Below are positions 15,765-24,839 of a stretch of 34,650 nt of DNA, one piece after another. The notes beneath the pieces were generated by a model that ran no database searches, was not told the origin of the DNA, and saw nothing but the letters and a program-made list of their open reading frames with translations. The stretch lies in the IMG/VR virus record IMGVR_UViG_3300005747_000265, one strand, 5' to 3'. The stretch is from a virus. The number at the start of each line of letters is the position of its first letter. Position 1 is the first letter of the stretch. The position numbers and the translations under genes were made by a program.

Positions 15765-16462
15765 TAAATTGTTATAATTTCTGGATAACCAATTTTACCA
15801 TTTCTTAATCTTGTTGCTTTGTGTCTGACGGTTTGCCTTCCTGCATTAATTGACATTCTTTCAGCTAGTGCTAAATTAGCTGTTCTTTGATCTTCTGCGT
15901 ATGGTCTGCCTTGCACTTTTAACAAGTTCCAAGTTGCATCTAACTTTAATATATATTCATCTATTATAGAAATATCTGTATCAGCAAGCCAGCTAGTTTG
16001 AGCAGCTCCTCCACTACTTTTTACTAGATTATTGCTTACATATTCAAAGACATACCCATTTGTTGAGGTTGGCGTAGGGTATATTAAGATTTCATTACTT
16101 CTGACCCTGTAATACTCTAAAACTGCCCCAGATCCTACTGTACTATTTACCAACTCCCTCCAATCTTGAGGAGTGGTAGATCCAATCATTTCTCGCTTGG
16201 CAGTTGTATTCCAAAAAGAATTATTTACTATCCTGTCAAAATCACTAGGTAAGTTATAATTATTTTGAGATGCAACCGCATTAAAACTGTATTCTTTTAA
16301 CAACTCTTGCCAGTAATAAGATCTAGCAAGGTTGATTATTGATCTTTTAAGCACCTCCAAGACTTGAACAGCAACTGTTTGGTTGTTACCTATAATTGTT
16401 GTTGGCACTGTCGCAGACTTAGTCTGTTGCAGTATTTCTTGCGCGATACTTAAAAGTGTCAT
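15764..16462 (-). CDS. head-tail adaptor / tail tubular protein A-like, 232 aa
   Basis: Called from its position between the head genes and the nozzle-like gene. The ...YYWQELLKEYSF...NYNLPSDFDR pattern is seen in podovirus adaptor-type proteins (from memory). Confidence 0.4.
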   Translation of the reverse strand: MTLLSIAQEILQQTKSATVPTTIIGNNQTVAVQVLEVLKRSIINLARSYYWQELLKEYSFNAVASQNNYNLPSDFDRIVNNSFWNTTAKREMIGSTTPQDWRELVNSTVGSGAVLEYYRVRSNEILIYPTPTSTNGYVFEYVSNNLVKSSGGAAQTSWLADTDISIIDEYILKLDATWNLLKVQGRPYAEDQRTANLALAERMSINAGRQTVRHKATRLRNGKIGYPEIITI

Positions 16463-16770
16463 TATTTTTTATTTAAAAAGTTTCGTAAATCAATAAAAAC
16501 TTGATAAGCCTTTGGAAATCTTTTTTTATCTTCTATAAAAAAACTATCTCCTAATTTATTAGTAAATTTTTGTTCTCCTGTAGGTCTTATTAATTTTGTA
16601 TATTTATCATTATAATTATAAATAGATATATATTCTTTTACAATTTCGTTATTATTCTTTGTTTTTATTGATTTTTCAAAAAACGCTACATTCCACCCGC
16701 TTTCATTGATAAATTCCGCCTTATCTTTACTAACTATAGTTTCGCCTTTTTTTAACTCTCTTTTTGTCAT
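16462..16770 (-). CDS. hypothetical protein (102 aa)
   Basis: ORF with a TAATG-type overlap with the downstream gene. Confidence 0.45.
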   Translation of the reverse strand: MTKRELKKGETIVSKDKAEFINESGWNVAFFEKSIKTKNNNEIVKEYISIYNYNDKYTKLIRPTGEQKFTNKLGDSFFIEDKKRFPKAYQVFIDLRNFLNKK

Positions 16771-16784
16771 ATTTTTTTAATTAA

Positions 16785-16808
16785 GTTAGGGGTTTTTACT
16801 CCCCTAAC
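16785..16808 (-). terminator. GC-rich hairpin after the 167-aa head gene
   Basis: GTTAGGGG-8 nt-CCCCTAAC, a perfect 8-bp stem. There is no clear U-tract on the - strand. Confidence 0.35.
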
Positions 16809-16813
16809 AGGTT

Positions 16814-17317
16814 TTAGTTGTCTTTACCGTCTCTAACAAAAGGTCTTGCAATCTCTAATTCTGCTAAACCAGTCGATGGAGTGTCAATAGCAGAAGCTCC
16901 CTTGCAATTACTTATGTAATCACCAGCAACATCAGCATCGTCAACAGTACCTGCTGTTGAGGTCAAATAGCAATCAGCATTATCAGCAAAAGAAGCTGCT
17001 ACTTTACCAACTGCTTTACCGCTAATCTGATACCAACCATATTGGTTAGCTATATTAATAGATAATGCAAAAGCTACTGAACCGATTGCATTTGCAGAGG
17101 CTAAAGTTGTTGAATAATCATCAGGATTATATACAACTGCTGAACCAACAACTGTTGATGCAACACCTTTTAAATAAATAAACTCACCAGTACCATAATC
17201 AGTATCTGCTTTATCTACTGCTTTAATAATAGTTCCTAAAGGAAGATTTTTAACTGTTGAAGTTTCATCTATCTTTTGTGGATTTATTGTGTTTTCTATA
17301 CTTTTAAAATTTGACAT
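16814..17317 (-). CDS. head decoration/cement-like protein (167 aa)
   Basis: A Gly/Ala/Val-rich beta protein immediately after the capsid gene and flanked by hairpins. Weak resemblance to DUF2190-type decoration proteins. Confidence 0.35.
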   Translation of the reverse strand: MSNFKSIENTINPQKIDETSTVKNLPLGTIIKAVDKADTDYGTGEFIYLKGVASTVVGSAVVYNPDDYSTTLASANAIGSVAFALSINIANQYGWYQISGKAVGKVAASFADNADCYLTSTAGTVDDADVAGDYISNCKGASAIDTPSTGLAELEIARPFVRDGKDN

Positions 17318-17332
17318 TATTTGAAATATTGC

Positions 17333-17350
17333 GAGGGGGATTGCCCCCTC
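17333..17350 (-). terminator. GC-rich hairpin (attenuator/terminator) after the major capsid gene
   Basis: GAGGGGG-ATTG-CCCCCTC, a perfect 7-bp G/C stem, 8 nt after the capsid stop. On the - strand it is followed by gcaatatttc. Confidence 0.5.
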
Positions 17351-17357
17351 TTGTTAA

Positions 17358-18317
17358 TTAGTCTATCATTACACCATGTACTCTTGCATTATCAATAGTT
17401 AGGTTCATTAAACCTGTCATTGGTAATACATAAACATCTTGGTTTACTGGTCTAGTTACTTCCCCTTTTTCCAAGAAGTCTCCTAAATGTTTTAACTTAA
17501 TATGTTGAGAATTTAAGAAATACATATGATTAGCAGGACATTCTGGATCATAGTAAACATCAGCTCCTTTGTATTGTAATACATCGAAACCTGCGTCAGC
17601 TAATTTACTGCTAGCTACTCTTTGGATAGTCTGTAAAGAATCTTCATAAAATCCAAAGTTTATATCATCAGCAGTTATCAAATCAATCTGTTTACCAGCT
17701 TGAGCTTGACATCTTCTGTAAAGGCTATTCATTGCTTTTCGAATAGTTGTTGCGTCTTTAGTTACTGACTCTACTGAAAAATCATAGATTTTGTTTCTAA
17801 AAAAAGCACCTTCTGTCGAAGATCTATCGATACCGCCTACCGTTCCAGATGTTGGGTCATCAGCAACTAATAATTGCAAACCGCCAATTTCTTGACCACC
17901 TGTTCCAGTGCCATCTGAATAAATAGCAGATCCAAGTGTATTTTTAATTGAGCTTTCTAAGTTTTTAATTTTCTCCTCCATTAAATTTGCAATTCTCTCT
18001 TTACCAGAGTTTTGCTTCATTTCCTTGCCAGACATTGAAATAGTACCAGTAATGATTTTTTGTTCAAAATCTGCTGCAGTAATGACATCTTGGATAGTAG
18101 TGTCAAAAGTATCAAATTCACCCTGAAATTGTACTGTTCCATTTGAAGAATAAGTTAGATTTTCTCTAAAAGCTACACCACCAGATTCTTTAATTACATT
18201 TCCCTTTTCTTTTAGTCTTATAAATAAAGGGTGAAAATTTTCGATATTGTCAATAACTTCTTTTCTATAGTTATGTAATGTCGTTGTCAATATCTCCGAA
18301 ATATTAGGATTAGTCAT
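17358..18317 (-). CDS. major capsid protein
   Basis: 319 aa, directly after the scaffold-like gene and before a strong hairpin. Size and position match T7-like HK97-fold capsid genes. Confidence 0.7.
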   Translation of the reverse strand: MTNPNISEILTTTLHNYRKEVIDNIENFHPLFIRLKEKGNVIKESGGVAFRENLTYSSNGTVQFQGEFDTFDTTIQDVITAADFEQKIITGTISMSGKEMKQNSGKERIANLMEEKIKNLESSIKNTLGSAIYSDGTGTGGQEIGGLQLLVADDPTSGTVGGIDRSSTEGAFFRNKIYDFSVESVTKDATTIRKAMNSLYRRCQAQAGKQIDLITADDINFGFYEDSLQTIQRVASSKLADAGFDVLQYKGADVYYDPECPANHMYFLNSQHIKLKHLGDFLEKGEVTRPVNQDVYVLPMTGLMNLTIDNARVHGVMID

Positions 18318-18359
18318 TTTTAAAATTTATTAAAATTATTATTAATAAATGTTTAAAGA

Positions 18360-19217
18360 TTATGCAAAAAGTTCAGAAATAGCCTTATAGTTTAGCTCTT
18401 TAGCGGAAAGGTTTTTATTGCCACTGCCTACGCTAGGAGAATATTTTTTATTTTTCTTCACTTTCTCAAGAGCTTCTTTTTGTTTAATCTTCTCTTTTAA
18501 AAGTAATTCTTGCCTTTGCTCTCCTTCTAATTCATCATCAAGTAACACTGCTTTATTATATGCCTTTTCTAAGGTCATTGTGCCGTTTTGATCTGCCTGG
18601 AATAACAAAGACATATTCTTTCTAACTCTTTCAAAATAAGGATGTTTTAAACTTCCATCTTCATTTTGACTTTGTGCAAAGCTTGTTAATTCTTTTTGCA
18701 CCGTTTGAGCTTGGCTTACCGCCTCCTGTTCCTTTAACTCTTGCAATTGTCTCTCAACATTTTCAAGTTGTTTTTTTTGCTTTAGCTCTTGCTCTGTTAG
18801 ATATTCATCTTCATCTTCTGCAACAGGGTTATTTTGCTTCGAGGTTAACTCCTCTAATTTTGTTCGCATTTCTGCCAACTCTTTCCTAGTATTCCCGAGT
18901 TCAAGACTTCTACGATCAAAATCTACTCTTCTTTTTTTGGTAGCTTCTACTGCTTCTTGTCTTAATTCAGGGTCTTTAATTTTTTTGACGAGTTCTTTTT
19001 CTTCCTTAGTCCAACCGCTGGTTAATCTAATAAATTTAAGTTCCTCCTCCGGATCTTCTGATTCTTCGGTTGGTGCGTTTTCTGCATCAACTTCTGTATC
19101 ATTATTTTCAGTATTGTTTTCTTGAACAGTTTCTTGATTCTCAGTTTCTTGAGTTTCGGTACTCTCTTCCAGAATTTCAGCTAATGAATCGCTGTTTTTT
19201 TCTAATGTATCTGACAT
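18360..19217 (-). CDS. scaffolding protein
   Basis: 285 aa with a very acidic N-terminus and a Glu/Lys/Gln coiled coil, lying between portal and capsid. Confidence 0.6.
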   Translation of the reverse strand: MSDTLEKNSDSLAEILEESTETQETENQETVQENNTENNDTEVDAENAPTEESEDPEEELKFIRLTSGWTKEEKELVKKIKDPELRQEAVEATKKRRVDFDRRSLELGNTRKELAEMRTKLEELTSKQNNPVAEDEDEYLTEQELKQKKQLENVERQLQELKEQEAVSQAQTVQKELTSFAQSQNEDGSLKHPYFERVRKNMSLLFQADQNGTMTLEKAYNKAVLLDDELEGEQRQELLLKEKIKQKEALEKVKKNKKYSPSVGSGNKNLSAKELNYKAISELFA

Positions 19218-19251
19218 AAAAATATTTAAAGATAATTATTTTAATTAGAAT

Positions 19252-19267
19252 AGGTTATGTAAAATTA
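19252..19267 (-). promoter_or_regulatory. late-gene motif copy (TAATTTTACATAACCT)
   Basis: Exact copy, 34 nt upstream of the scaffold ATG (19217). Confidence 0.5.
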
Positions 19268-19274
19268 ATTGTCA

Positions 19275-19290
19275 AGGTTATGTAAAATTA
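19275..19290 (-). promoter_or_regulatory. late-gene motif copy (TAATTTTACATAACCT), tandem to 19252..19267
   Basis: Exact copy, 7 nt from the previous copy. It overlaps the stop codon of the 79-aa ORF. Confidence 0.45.
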
Positions 19291-19527
19291 ATAATCTTTT
19301 ATATGGCAATTATTCACTTTTAAATGATTTAAGTATCCGTTTTTTGTAGTGTAAACTTTATTATCAACATGGCTTTCAATTCCTCCATGCTTAGAGATAT
19401 AACCGTCTATTGTCAAATCTTCTCCAGAAGCAGGCATCTTTCTTTGTTTTGACGCTCCGCCTTTTCCGTATCCATCAAATACCCATTGTTTTTTCCCGTC
19501 TATAGTTTTTAAAACTTTTCTAGTCAT
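19288..19527 (-). CDS. hypothetical protein (79 aa)
   Basis: ORF overlapping the portal stop by 8 nt. Confidence 0.5.
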   Translation of the reverse strand: MTRKVLKTIDGKKQWVFDGYGKGGASKQRKMPASGEDLTIDGYISKHGGIESHVDNKVYTTKNGYLNHLKVNNCHIKDY

Positions 19528-21619
19528 TTTTTATTTGTTCGTTGAGTCTTTGGGTTCTATTTTCAATTACCTGCTCTGCTGTTGGTGCGACCTTTTCCAG
19601 TGTTTTTGCTTGGCGATCTGCTGCTTTGTTTGCGTCTTCAAAATCAATTTTATCGTCAAATTGCCTTTGGTTTTGTAAAACTCTTGCTTTTTCAATATCT
19701 ATCTTTTGTTGTTCTAAATTAATTTTAGCCTTTTCACTTTCTACTTTAAACTGGAACTCTCTTTCTTGTCTTTCGTTTTCTGCTTGTGCCAACACTTCTT
19801 CTTGTGAAGGCTGCTCCTCTTCTTTCGCCTCTTCTGGCTTAGATAGTAAAAACTCCTCCAGATTTCTACCTACTTTAAAAGGTCTTGCTATAAACCCTAA
19901 AAACTCGTTAAAAGCATCTGGCTGTAATATTCCAGCTTGCACCAAAGGGGTAAATTGACTTGCAAAGTTTGTTACACTACTAATAAATTCAAATCTTTCG
20001 GTCTTTTCTCTTTGTTGGTCAACCTCAATAGTGCTGTCAGTTTCAATATCTATTGAAAAAGATCTTAAAACATCATCTTTTAATATTTCATCTATTTTTT
20101 TTACTTGGTCTATCTCCATTGCAAAGCCTTTCAATTCGTTTTGTGCAATTTTCATAGTCTTATCAAATCCTTTTTTGGCTTGTTGTTTTAATAATTCTAC
20201 TTGTTGCACTTTTTCTGCACCTGGCAAATTTTCTGGCAAGTTGTTTACTGCTTCTTGTAATAGCATGTTTTGGTTGTCTTGTGCTGTTTCTGCAATATCT
20301 TTTAAACTTACTATTTGGCAACCAGAAATTTTTGCCAACTCTTCTATTCTGTAGTTTTCGCAAATTAACTCTGCCATAATTTCCATAGTGTCTTTTATCA
20401 TAATGGCGTTAGCTTTCTGTAAAGGTTGGATTCTACTAATAGCAAAATCGCCCTTGAGTCTTTGTGCTGTTGCCGTCTCGCTCGCTATACTTACACCCCT
20501 AACAATATCAGATAAGCCCGTAATTTCTCTTATATTATTAATAATTTGTGCTTTTTGTTGTGTTAAAATGGTTATAGTGTTAGCAATAGGAACTATATCT
20601 TTTATATAAATTTGATTTTTAATATCTACGGTTGCACCTCCAGACATAGGAGCAAAGTCCCCGTCTTCTCCATTAAATAAATTTTGGACATCTTCATTTT
20701 CTGCGACTGAATTATAAACGCCTGTATATTTTATTTGCTCCGTTAAAGACCTTATTCTTTCATCTAAAATATTTAATTCTTCAGCCTGTGATTTATACAT
20801 CCTATATAAAGGTATAGGCAATAATGAACTAGGATCGCTGTCGGTGCCTACTGGTCTGGCTATAGGGAAGAAATTGCTTAAATTATAAGGGTTTTGATCT
20901 ACTTGGATAATCTTTTCTTGTGTGTACCATAATACCTGATCGTTTACCTTGTCCCAGATTTCCCAAATTTCTAAAGTTTCCAGTTTTCCATCATTGTCCG
21001 TTGAATCTGGCTCTAAGTCTTTTGCATCTTCGCCAAACAATTCCAATAATTCTGCTTGTGTTTTATAAGACCTAAAAGCTAACCAATTTAAATCGTCCCA
21101 ACTGGTCGCTGTGTAATCTGTTATAAAATTTTTATATTCTATTCTTTTTAAGAAGATTTTTTTGTTGCTTTCGTCCAGAATTTCTTCTCCCTCTTCGGTT
21201 TTTACAACTTCTCCCTCTTCCATGTAAACACGAACCAAACCACGCCCATTAATTAAAAAGTCTTTTCTTGCTTTACTAAAAATTGTATCTGCTTTTGTTG
21301 TTTCTAAAAAAAAGGTTGTGACTCTTTCTAAAATTTCACTTGCAATTTTAGCCTCCTCATTTTCATCTTTAAATCTTCTTGTTATATTAGGCTTGGGTAG
21401 TTTTGAATACACTAAAGGGGCTAATGTTTCGGTATTGGCATATAATATATTATACCTGTTTACATCTTCCACATTATACTGATCTTTATAAATATTTTCA
21501 TATTTTTTAGATTCTCTAAAATATTTTTCATGAAATATTAAACATTTTTCAATTTCTTTTTTCCAGATCTCGTGTAAATCTGATTTTTGTTTTGATTTCT
21601 TTTGGTCTTCGTTGCTCAT
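19520..21619 (-). CDS. portal protein
   Basis: 699 aa, the largest head gene, immediately downstream of TerL. Charged coiled C-terminus. Confidence 0.7.
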   Translation of the reverse strand: MSNEDQKKSKQKSDLHEIWKKEIEKCLIFHEKYFRESKKYENIYKDQYNVEDVNRYNILYANTETLAPLVYSKLPKPNITRRFKDENEEAKIASEILERVTTFFLETTKADTIFSKARKDFLINGRGLVRVYMEEGEVVKTEEGEEILDESNKKIFLKRIEYKNFITDYTATSWDDLNWLAFRSYKTQAELLELFGEDAKDLEPDSTDNDGKLETLEIWEIWDKVNDQVLWYTQEKIIQVDQNPYNLSNFFPIARPVGTDSDPSSLLPIPLYRMYKSQAEELNILDERIRSLTEQIKYTGVYNSVAENEDVQNLFNGEDGDFAPMSGGATVDIKNQIYIKDIVPIANTITILTQQKAQIINNIREITGLSDIVRGVSIASETATAQRLKGDFAISRIQPLQKANAIMIKDTMEIMAELICENYRIEELAKISGCQIVSLKDIAETAQDNQNMLLQEAVNNLPENLPGAEKVQQVELLKQQAKKGFDKTMKIAQNELKGFAMEIDQVKKIDEILKDDVLRSFSIDIETDSTIEVDQQREKTERFEFISSVTNFASQFTPLVQAGILQPDAFNEFLGFIARPFKVGRNLEEFLLSKPEEAKEEEQPSQEEVLAQAENERQEREFQFKVESEKAKINLEQQKIDIEKARVLQNQRQFDDKIDFEDANKAADRQAKTLEKVAPTAEQVIENRTQRLNEQIKND

Positions 21620-21646
21620 GATTCTTATAGTAAATAACTTTTTTCT

Positions 21647-21662
21647 AGGTTATGTAAAATTA
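21647..21662 (-). promoter_or_regulatory. late-gene motif copy (TAATTTTACATAACCT), with TTGACT 16 nt upstream of TAACCT
   Basis: Exact copy, 27 nt upstream of the portal ATG (21619). Its flanks (ttttct...aaaagtcaa) are shared with the 10311 copy. Confidence 0.5.
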
Positions 21663-21676
21663 GATAAAAGTCAAGT

Positions 21677-23146
21677 TTATTCATAGTTCTTGTTTTTCTT
21701 TCCTTTTCTTACCTGGTGCGGGTTAAAGTTTTCCCAGAAATCTTGTGTTGGATCTGGTAAAGCCTCTTTTATGTCTATTGTTATAGGTCTTGACATTGCT
21801 ATATATCTGGCTACATCCAATAAATGGTCTTCTAGTGCTGTGTCTAAGTCCTCTGGCTTCGTTCTGTCATATTGCATTATCGGCAGTGTTCTTATTAAGT
21901 TTTTACAATCTTCAGTAATATACATTAGTGGTCTACCGTCTTTCCCTGTCAATCTTGTTCTTATTTGTTGCCAACCTGCTACCCTTTTATTGTCGGCTCT
22001 TTCATAAATACAGCCATATTTTGCCAACTCTTCGGCCTGTGTCATTCCCATATTTTTTTTACTTTCATCAAAAATTGCTGGATCTGCTACCTGTCTGTTC
22101 ATCTTTTCTTTTCCTTGTCTTTCCATTGTGTTTTTTGCTATTTCTGGCAACTCCATTTTTAAACCTTTATTGGGCTTCCCTGTCCATCCGTAATATTCAC
22201 GATAAAAAATTAAACTACCACGAGGTAATGAGATTTCTTTTCCTCCAATGTTTATTAAACTTCCATCACTTATAGCCGCCCACAATACACCAAAGGGTGC
22301 AGAATAGCCCCAGTCAAAACCTCGTATTTTAAACCAATCTTTTGGTATTTCAAACCTTGGTATTATATGAGTATCTTTATTAAAGGTATCAAAATAAGCC
22401 CCCTCGATAGCATCCCAATCGCCATCTAGCATTGCCCTGGCTAATGCACCACCTAAGCCTAGCAACTTATGCTTGTAATTAGGGTCACTTTGTGTCATTG
22501 TCGGGTTGTCGTTTAATTTTGCCGGTATAAACTGCCTTGTCATTCCTCCTTCCTCTGGATTCATCTCGTAAATTTTTAAAGGGTCTTTATTGTCTATAAA
22601 TTCACTTTTTACAAATTCATGTCCCACTCCACCAGGGTTTGATCCGCAAATTATTCTTGGTAATGTTCGAGGTAAAAAATCTGGTGTGTTTGCAGGATAT
22701 ACAAGTCCCGCCGTTCTGCATCTTGCTCTAAGAAATTTATATATAAAGTCTGTAAAGTGAGTTAACTCATCTATTAGTAAAATATCTATTTCTGCTCCCT
22801 GATAATTGTAAACATCTTTCTCATGTTGGCAATGACACAAATGAATCATGGAGCCATTTTTAAAAGCAATCTTCCCAGTTGATTCATTAATTTTTACTAT
22901 TCTTTTTTCAATCAGTGGTGATAAAATGTTTAAAAATCCATTTTTACCGTATAAATGATTTTTTTTTAAATCTTCCGTTTTCCTTCTAAATAAATAAATT
23001 TGTATGTTAGGAATAAAGCCTGCATAAGCTATTGCTAAAGTTCTCATGCAGTGAGACTTGCCCCCACCTGCTGCCCCTCCATATAAAATCTCAGTTGCCT
23101 CACTTGTTAAGCATAGCGTTTGTTTATAATGTAAATTAAACTCCAT
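21677..23146 (-). CDS. terL: terminase large subunit
   Basis: Walker A GGAAGGGKS and Walker B-like ILLIDELTH. 489 aa, directly upstream of portal. Confidence 0.85.
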   Translation of the reverse strand: MEFNLHYKQTLCLTSEATEILYGGAAGGGKSHCMRTLAIAYAGFIPNIQIYLFRRKTEDLKKNHLYGKNGFLNILSPLIEKRIVKINESTGKIAFKNGSMIHLCHCQHEKDVYNYQGAEIDILLIDELTHFTDFIYKFLRARCRTAGLVYPANTPDFLPRTLPRIICGSNPGGVGHEFVKSEFIDNKDPLKIYEMNPEEGGMTRQFIPAKLNDNPTMTQSDPNYKHKLLGLGGALARAMLDGDWDAIEGAYFDTFNKDTHIIPRFEIPKDWFKIRGFDWGYSAPFGVLWAAISDGSLINIGGKEISLPRGSLIFYREYYGWTGKPNKGLKMELPEIAKNTMERQGKEKMNRQVADPAIFDESKKNMGMTQAEELAKYGCIYERADNKRVAGWQQIRTRLTGKDGRPLMYITEDCKNLIRTLPIMQYDRTKPEDLDTALEDHLLDVARYIAMSRPITIDIKEALPDPTQDFWENFNPHQVRKGKKNKNYE

Positions 23147-23381
23147 TCACTTTTTTTAATAAACTCTTGACAGATATTAAAATATTGTTTTCTGCTTCTT
23201 TAATTGTTAGCTTGCTATTATCTGTTGTAATGCACGAATAAATATCATCGCTCATATTGTTTATGTACGATTTCGGTAGGGTGTAAATTTTTAAATTAAA
23301 AACTTTATATTTTTTTAGGTGTGTCTTAAAATCTGATATTTTTAAATTATTTATCTTTTTTAATACTTCTAAGTTTTTCAT
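23136..23381 (-). CDS. hypothetical protein (81 aa)
   Basis: ORF between TerS and TerL, overlapping the TerL start by 11 nt. Confidence 0.45.
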   Translation of the reverse strand: MKNLEVLKKINNLKISDFKTHLKKYKVFNLKIYTLPKSYINNMSDDIYSCITTDNSKLTIKEAENNILISVKSLLKKVNGV

Positions 23382-23448
23382 GCAGTTTTATTTGTCTCCA
23401 CCCCGTGGAAGAAGTTGCCTAATCCCTGGTTTATAAGGGTTCAGTTTT

Positions 23449-23907
23449 TTAGTTATTTTCTGTTTTTAGATTAAATATTACTGGAATACCATCATCTGAT
23501 TTAATATTTTGCTCCAGGTCTTGCTTATCAGCCCAAACACAATTGTATCCGTCCCTTTTAAATCTGTTCTTAGTGTTGTAAACAAACGCGCCATTGTTAA
23601 ACCCGTCAATCTCTCCAACTGTCCCTCTGCGTCCTCTTTCTTCCCACCAGACCTGACTTAATATGTTCCCCCTTTTAATTGTGTCTAAAAAATTTATCTC
23701 TATTGGTTCAAGATTTGCCTCGTCTGATCTTAATATTCTATAAAAAGTTTCTCTTGTAATATCCAGTAAAGCAATCGCCACTATATCACTACCACCATTT
23801 TCATAGCTGTCTAATATCTTCTTTTTTAATTCTTCGTTCCATTTTTGCGGTATAACTCTAGGTCTTCCTGACTTTTCTTTGTCTTCTTGCTTTTTGTTTA
23901 CTGCCAT
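23449..23907 (-). CDS. terS: terminase small subunit
   Basis: 152 aa with an N-terminal GRPRVIP... HTH-like segment and WWEERGRRG. It is the first gene of the late block, just before TerL. Confidence 0.55.
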   Translation of the reverse strand: MAVNKKQEDKEKSGRPRVIPQKWNEELKKKILDSYENGGSDIVAIALLDITRETFYRILRSDEANLEPIEINFLDTIKRGNILSQVWWEERGRRGTVGEIDGFNNGAFVYNTKNRFKRDGYNCVWADKQDLEQNIKSDDGIPVIFNLKTENN

Positions 23908-23948
23908 ATTTAATTAATTAAGATTATTATAATAACATAATAAGCTAA

Positions 23949-23964
23949 TTGACTAAATAGTCAA
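23949..23964. promoter_or_regulatory. perfect palindrome TTGACTA-aa-TAGTCAA upstream of terS
   Basis: A 7-bp inverted repeat with a 2-nt spacer. A - strand TATAAT (23926..23931) lies 17 nt downstream of it. Confidence 0.35.
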
Positions 23965-24002
23965 GTTATAGGAGAAATGACTTATTAAGTAATTCTTAAC
24001 AG

Positions 24003-24191
24003 CTATTTATCAAGTAGTAATTTCAAGGTTAAATGCTCCGCGTCACGAAAAAAAATAAACTGTTCTTTATCTCGTTTTATCCAGTAATTTACCGATGTTT
24101 TAATATAGTCTAATTTGTTAGTTAGTCTTTCTTTAGAGTGAGAAGCTTGAATAATAGATTTATGTAATTCTGAATTTGTGAAATCTGTCAT
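24003..24191 (-). CDS. hypothetical early protein (62 aa)
   Basis: ORF preceded by a consensus-type promoter and the conserved leader. Confidence 0.5.
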   Translation of the reverse strand: MTDFTNSELHKSIIQASHSKERLTNKLDYIKTSVNYWIKRDKEQFIFFRDAEHLTLKLLLDK

Positions 24192-24222
24192 TTTATTTTG
24201 ATTTGAGTTAATTACAAAACTA

Positions 24223-24251
24223 AGTATAGTTAACTCTTTTTAAGATGTCAA
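24223..24251 (-). promoter_or_regulatory. sigma70-type early promoter (TTGACA-N17-TATACT)
   Basis: On the + strand, tgtcaa is at 24246..24251 and agtata at 24223..24228. A GTAATTAAC box follows 7 nt after the -10 (24207..24215). Confidence 0.7.
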
Positions 24252-24255
24252 CTAT

Positions 24256-24807
24256 TTATTTTAAGTTTTTTAATTCTGGTAATATATAATGATTTACCGA
24301 GTACATACAATTATTATTCCAAAGCCTCTGCCAACAATTGTTATTTCTTGACCATTTAAAGCCGTGTTTTTTCATTATGTCAATTCCTGCCCTTTCTGGC
24401 TTATCATCAAAAAAGAATTGCACCCTATCGTTCTCTGCGTTTTGCTCATCTGACCTTATCTCGCTTGAGGGGTTATTTTTCTTATCTATTGCTTTTTTTA
24501 CCTTATCAATAAAATCATACATTTCTTGACTTCTTGCCCTCTCTCTATTGTTCATTTTTTCCATCCTAGCAACTGGAAAATTAGATGGTCCAGTAATCAT
24601 TGGAGACATACAATTGCTTTTAGCGTTTAATGAGGCTAGAAATAAGCTCTCAAACTTTGTAAAGGCTCTTTCATCTGCTCCTAATTCTGTAAATTCTTTA
24701 TTTATCTCGTCAAAATAGTTGCATGCGCTTACTGCTCTTTTTTTTGGTGAAAAACTTATAGCATAATAAGCTCTGTAAGCAGTGTCATAGTGTTTATGTT
24801 TAGTCAT
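24256..24807 (-). CDS. hypothetical early protein (183 aa), DUF3560-like C-terminus (weak)
   Basis: C-terminal VQFFFDDKPERAGIDIMKKHGFKWSRNNNCWQR pattern (recalled only from memory). Confidence 0.35.
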   Translation of the reverse strand: MTKHKHYDTAYRAYYAISFSPKKRAVSACNYFDEINKEFTELGADERAFTKFESLFLASLNAKSNCMSPMITGPSNFPVARMEKMNNRERARSQEMYDFIDKVKKAIDKKNNPSSEIRSDEQNAENDRVQFFFDDKPERAGIDIMKKHGFKWSRNNNCWQRLWNNNCMYSVNHYILPELKNLK

Positions 24808-24839
24808 TTTATTTTTAGTTTGAGTTAATTACAAAACTA

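Noticed and set aside
15358-15777. + strand ORF of 139 aa
   Set aside because: It is fully antisense to the 510-aa nozzle-like gene, so it is a shadow ORF.
18674-20609. ORFs 18674..18889, 18937..19125, 19542..19958, 20031..20354, 20388..20609 (+) and 20163..20363 (-)
   Set aside because: They are antisense or out of frame within the scaffold and portal genes. Ser/Leu/Phe/Cys-rich shadow translations.
21690-22275. + strand ORFs 21690..22007, 21928..22275 and 21965..22162
   Set aside because: They are antisense to terL, which has clear Walker motifs.
23382-23448. A less AT-rich intergenic patch after terS, examined for a tRNA or terminator
   Set aside because: Only 4-6-bp stems are present (TCCAC-GGG-GTGGA and CCCT...AGGG). 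There is no cloverleaf, no T-loop consensus and no U-tract.
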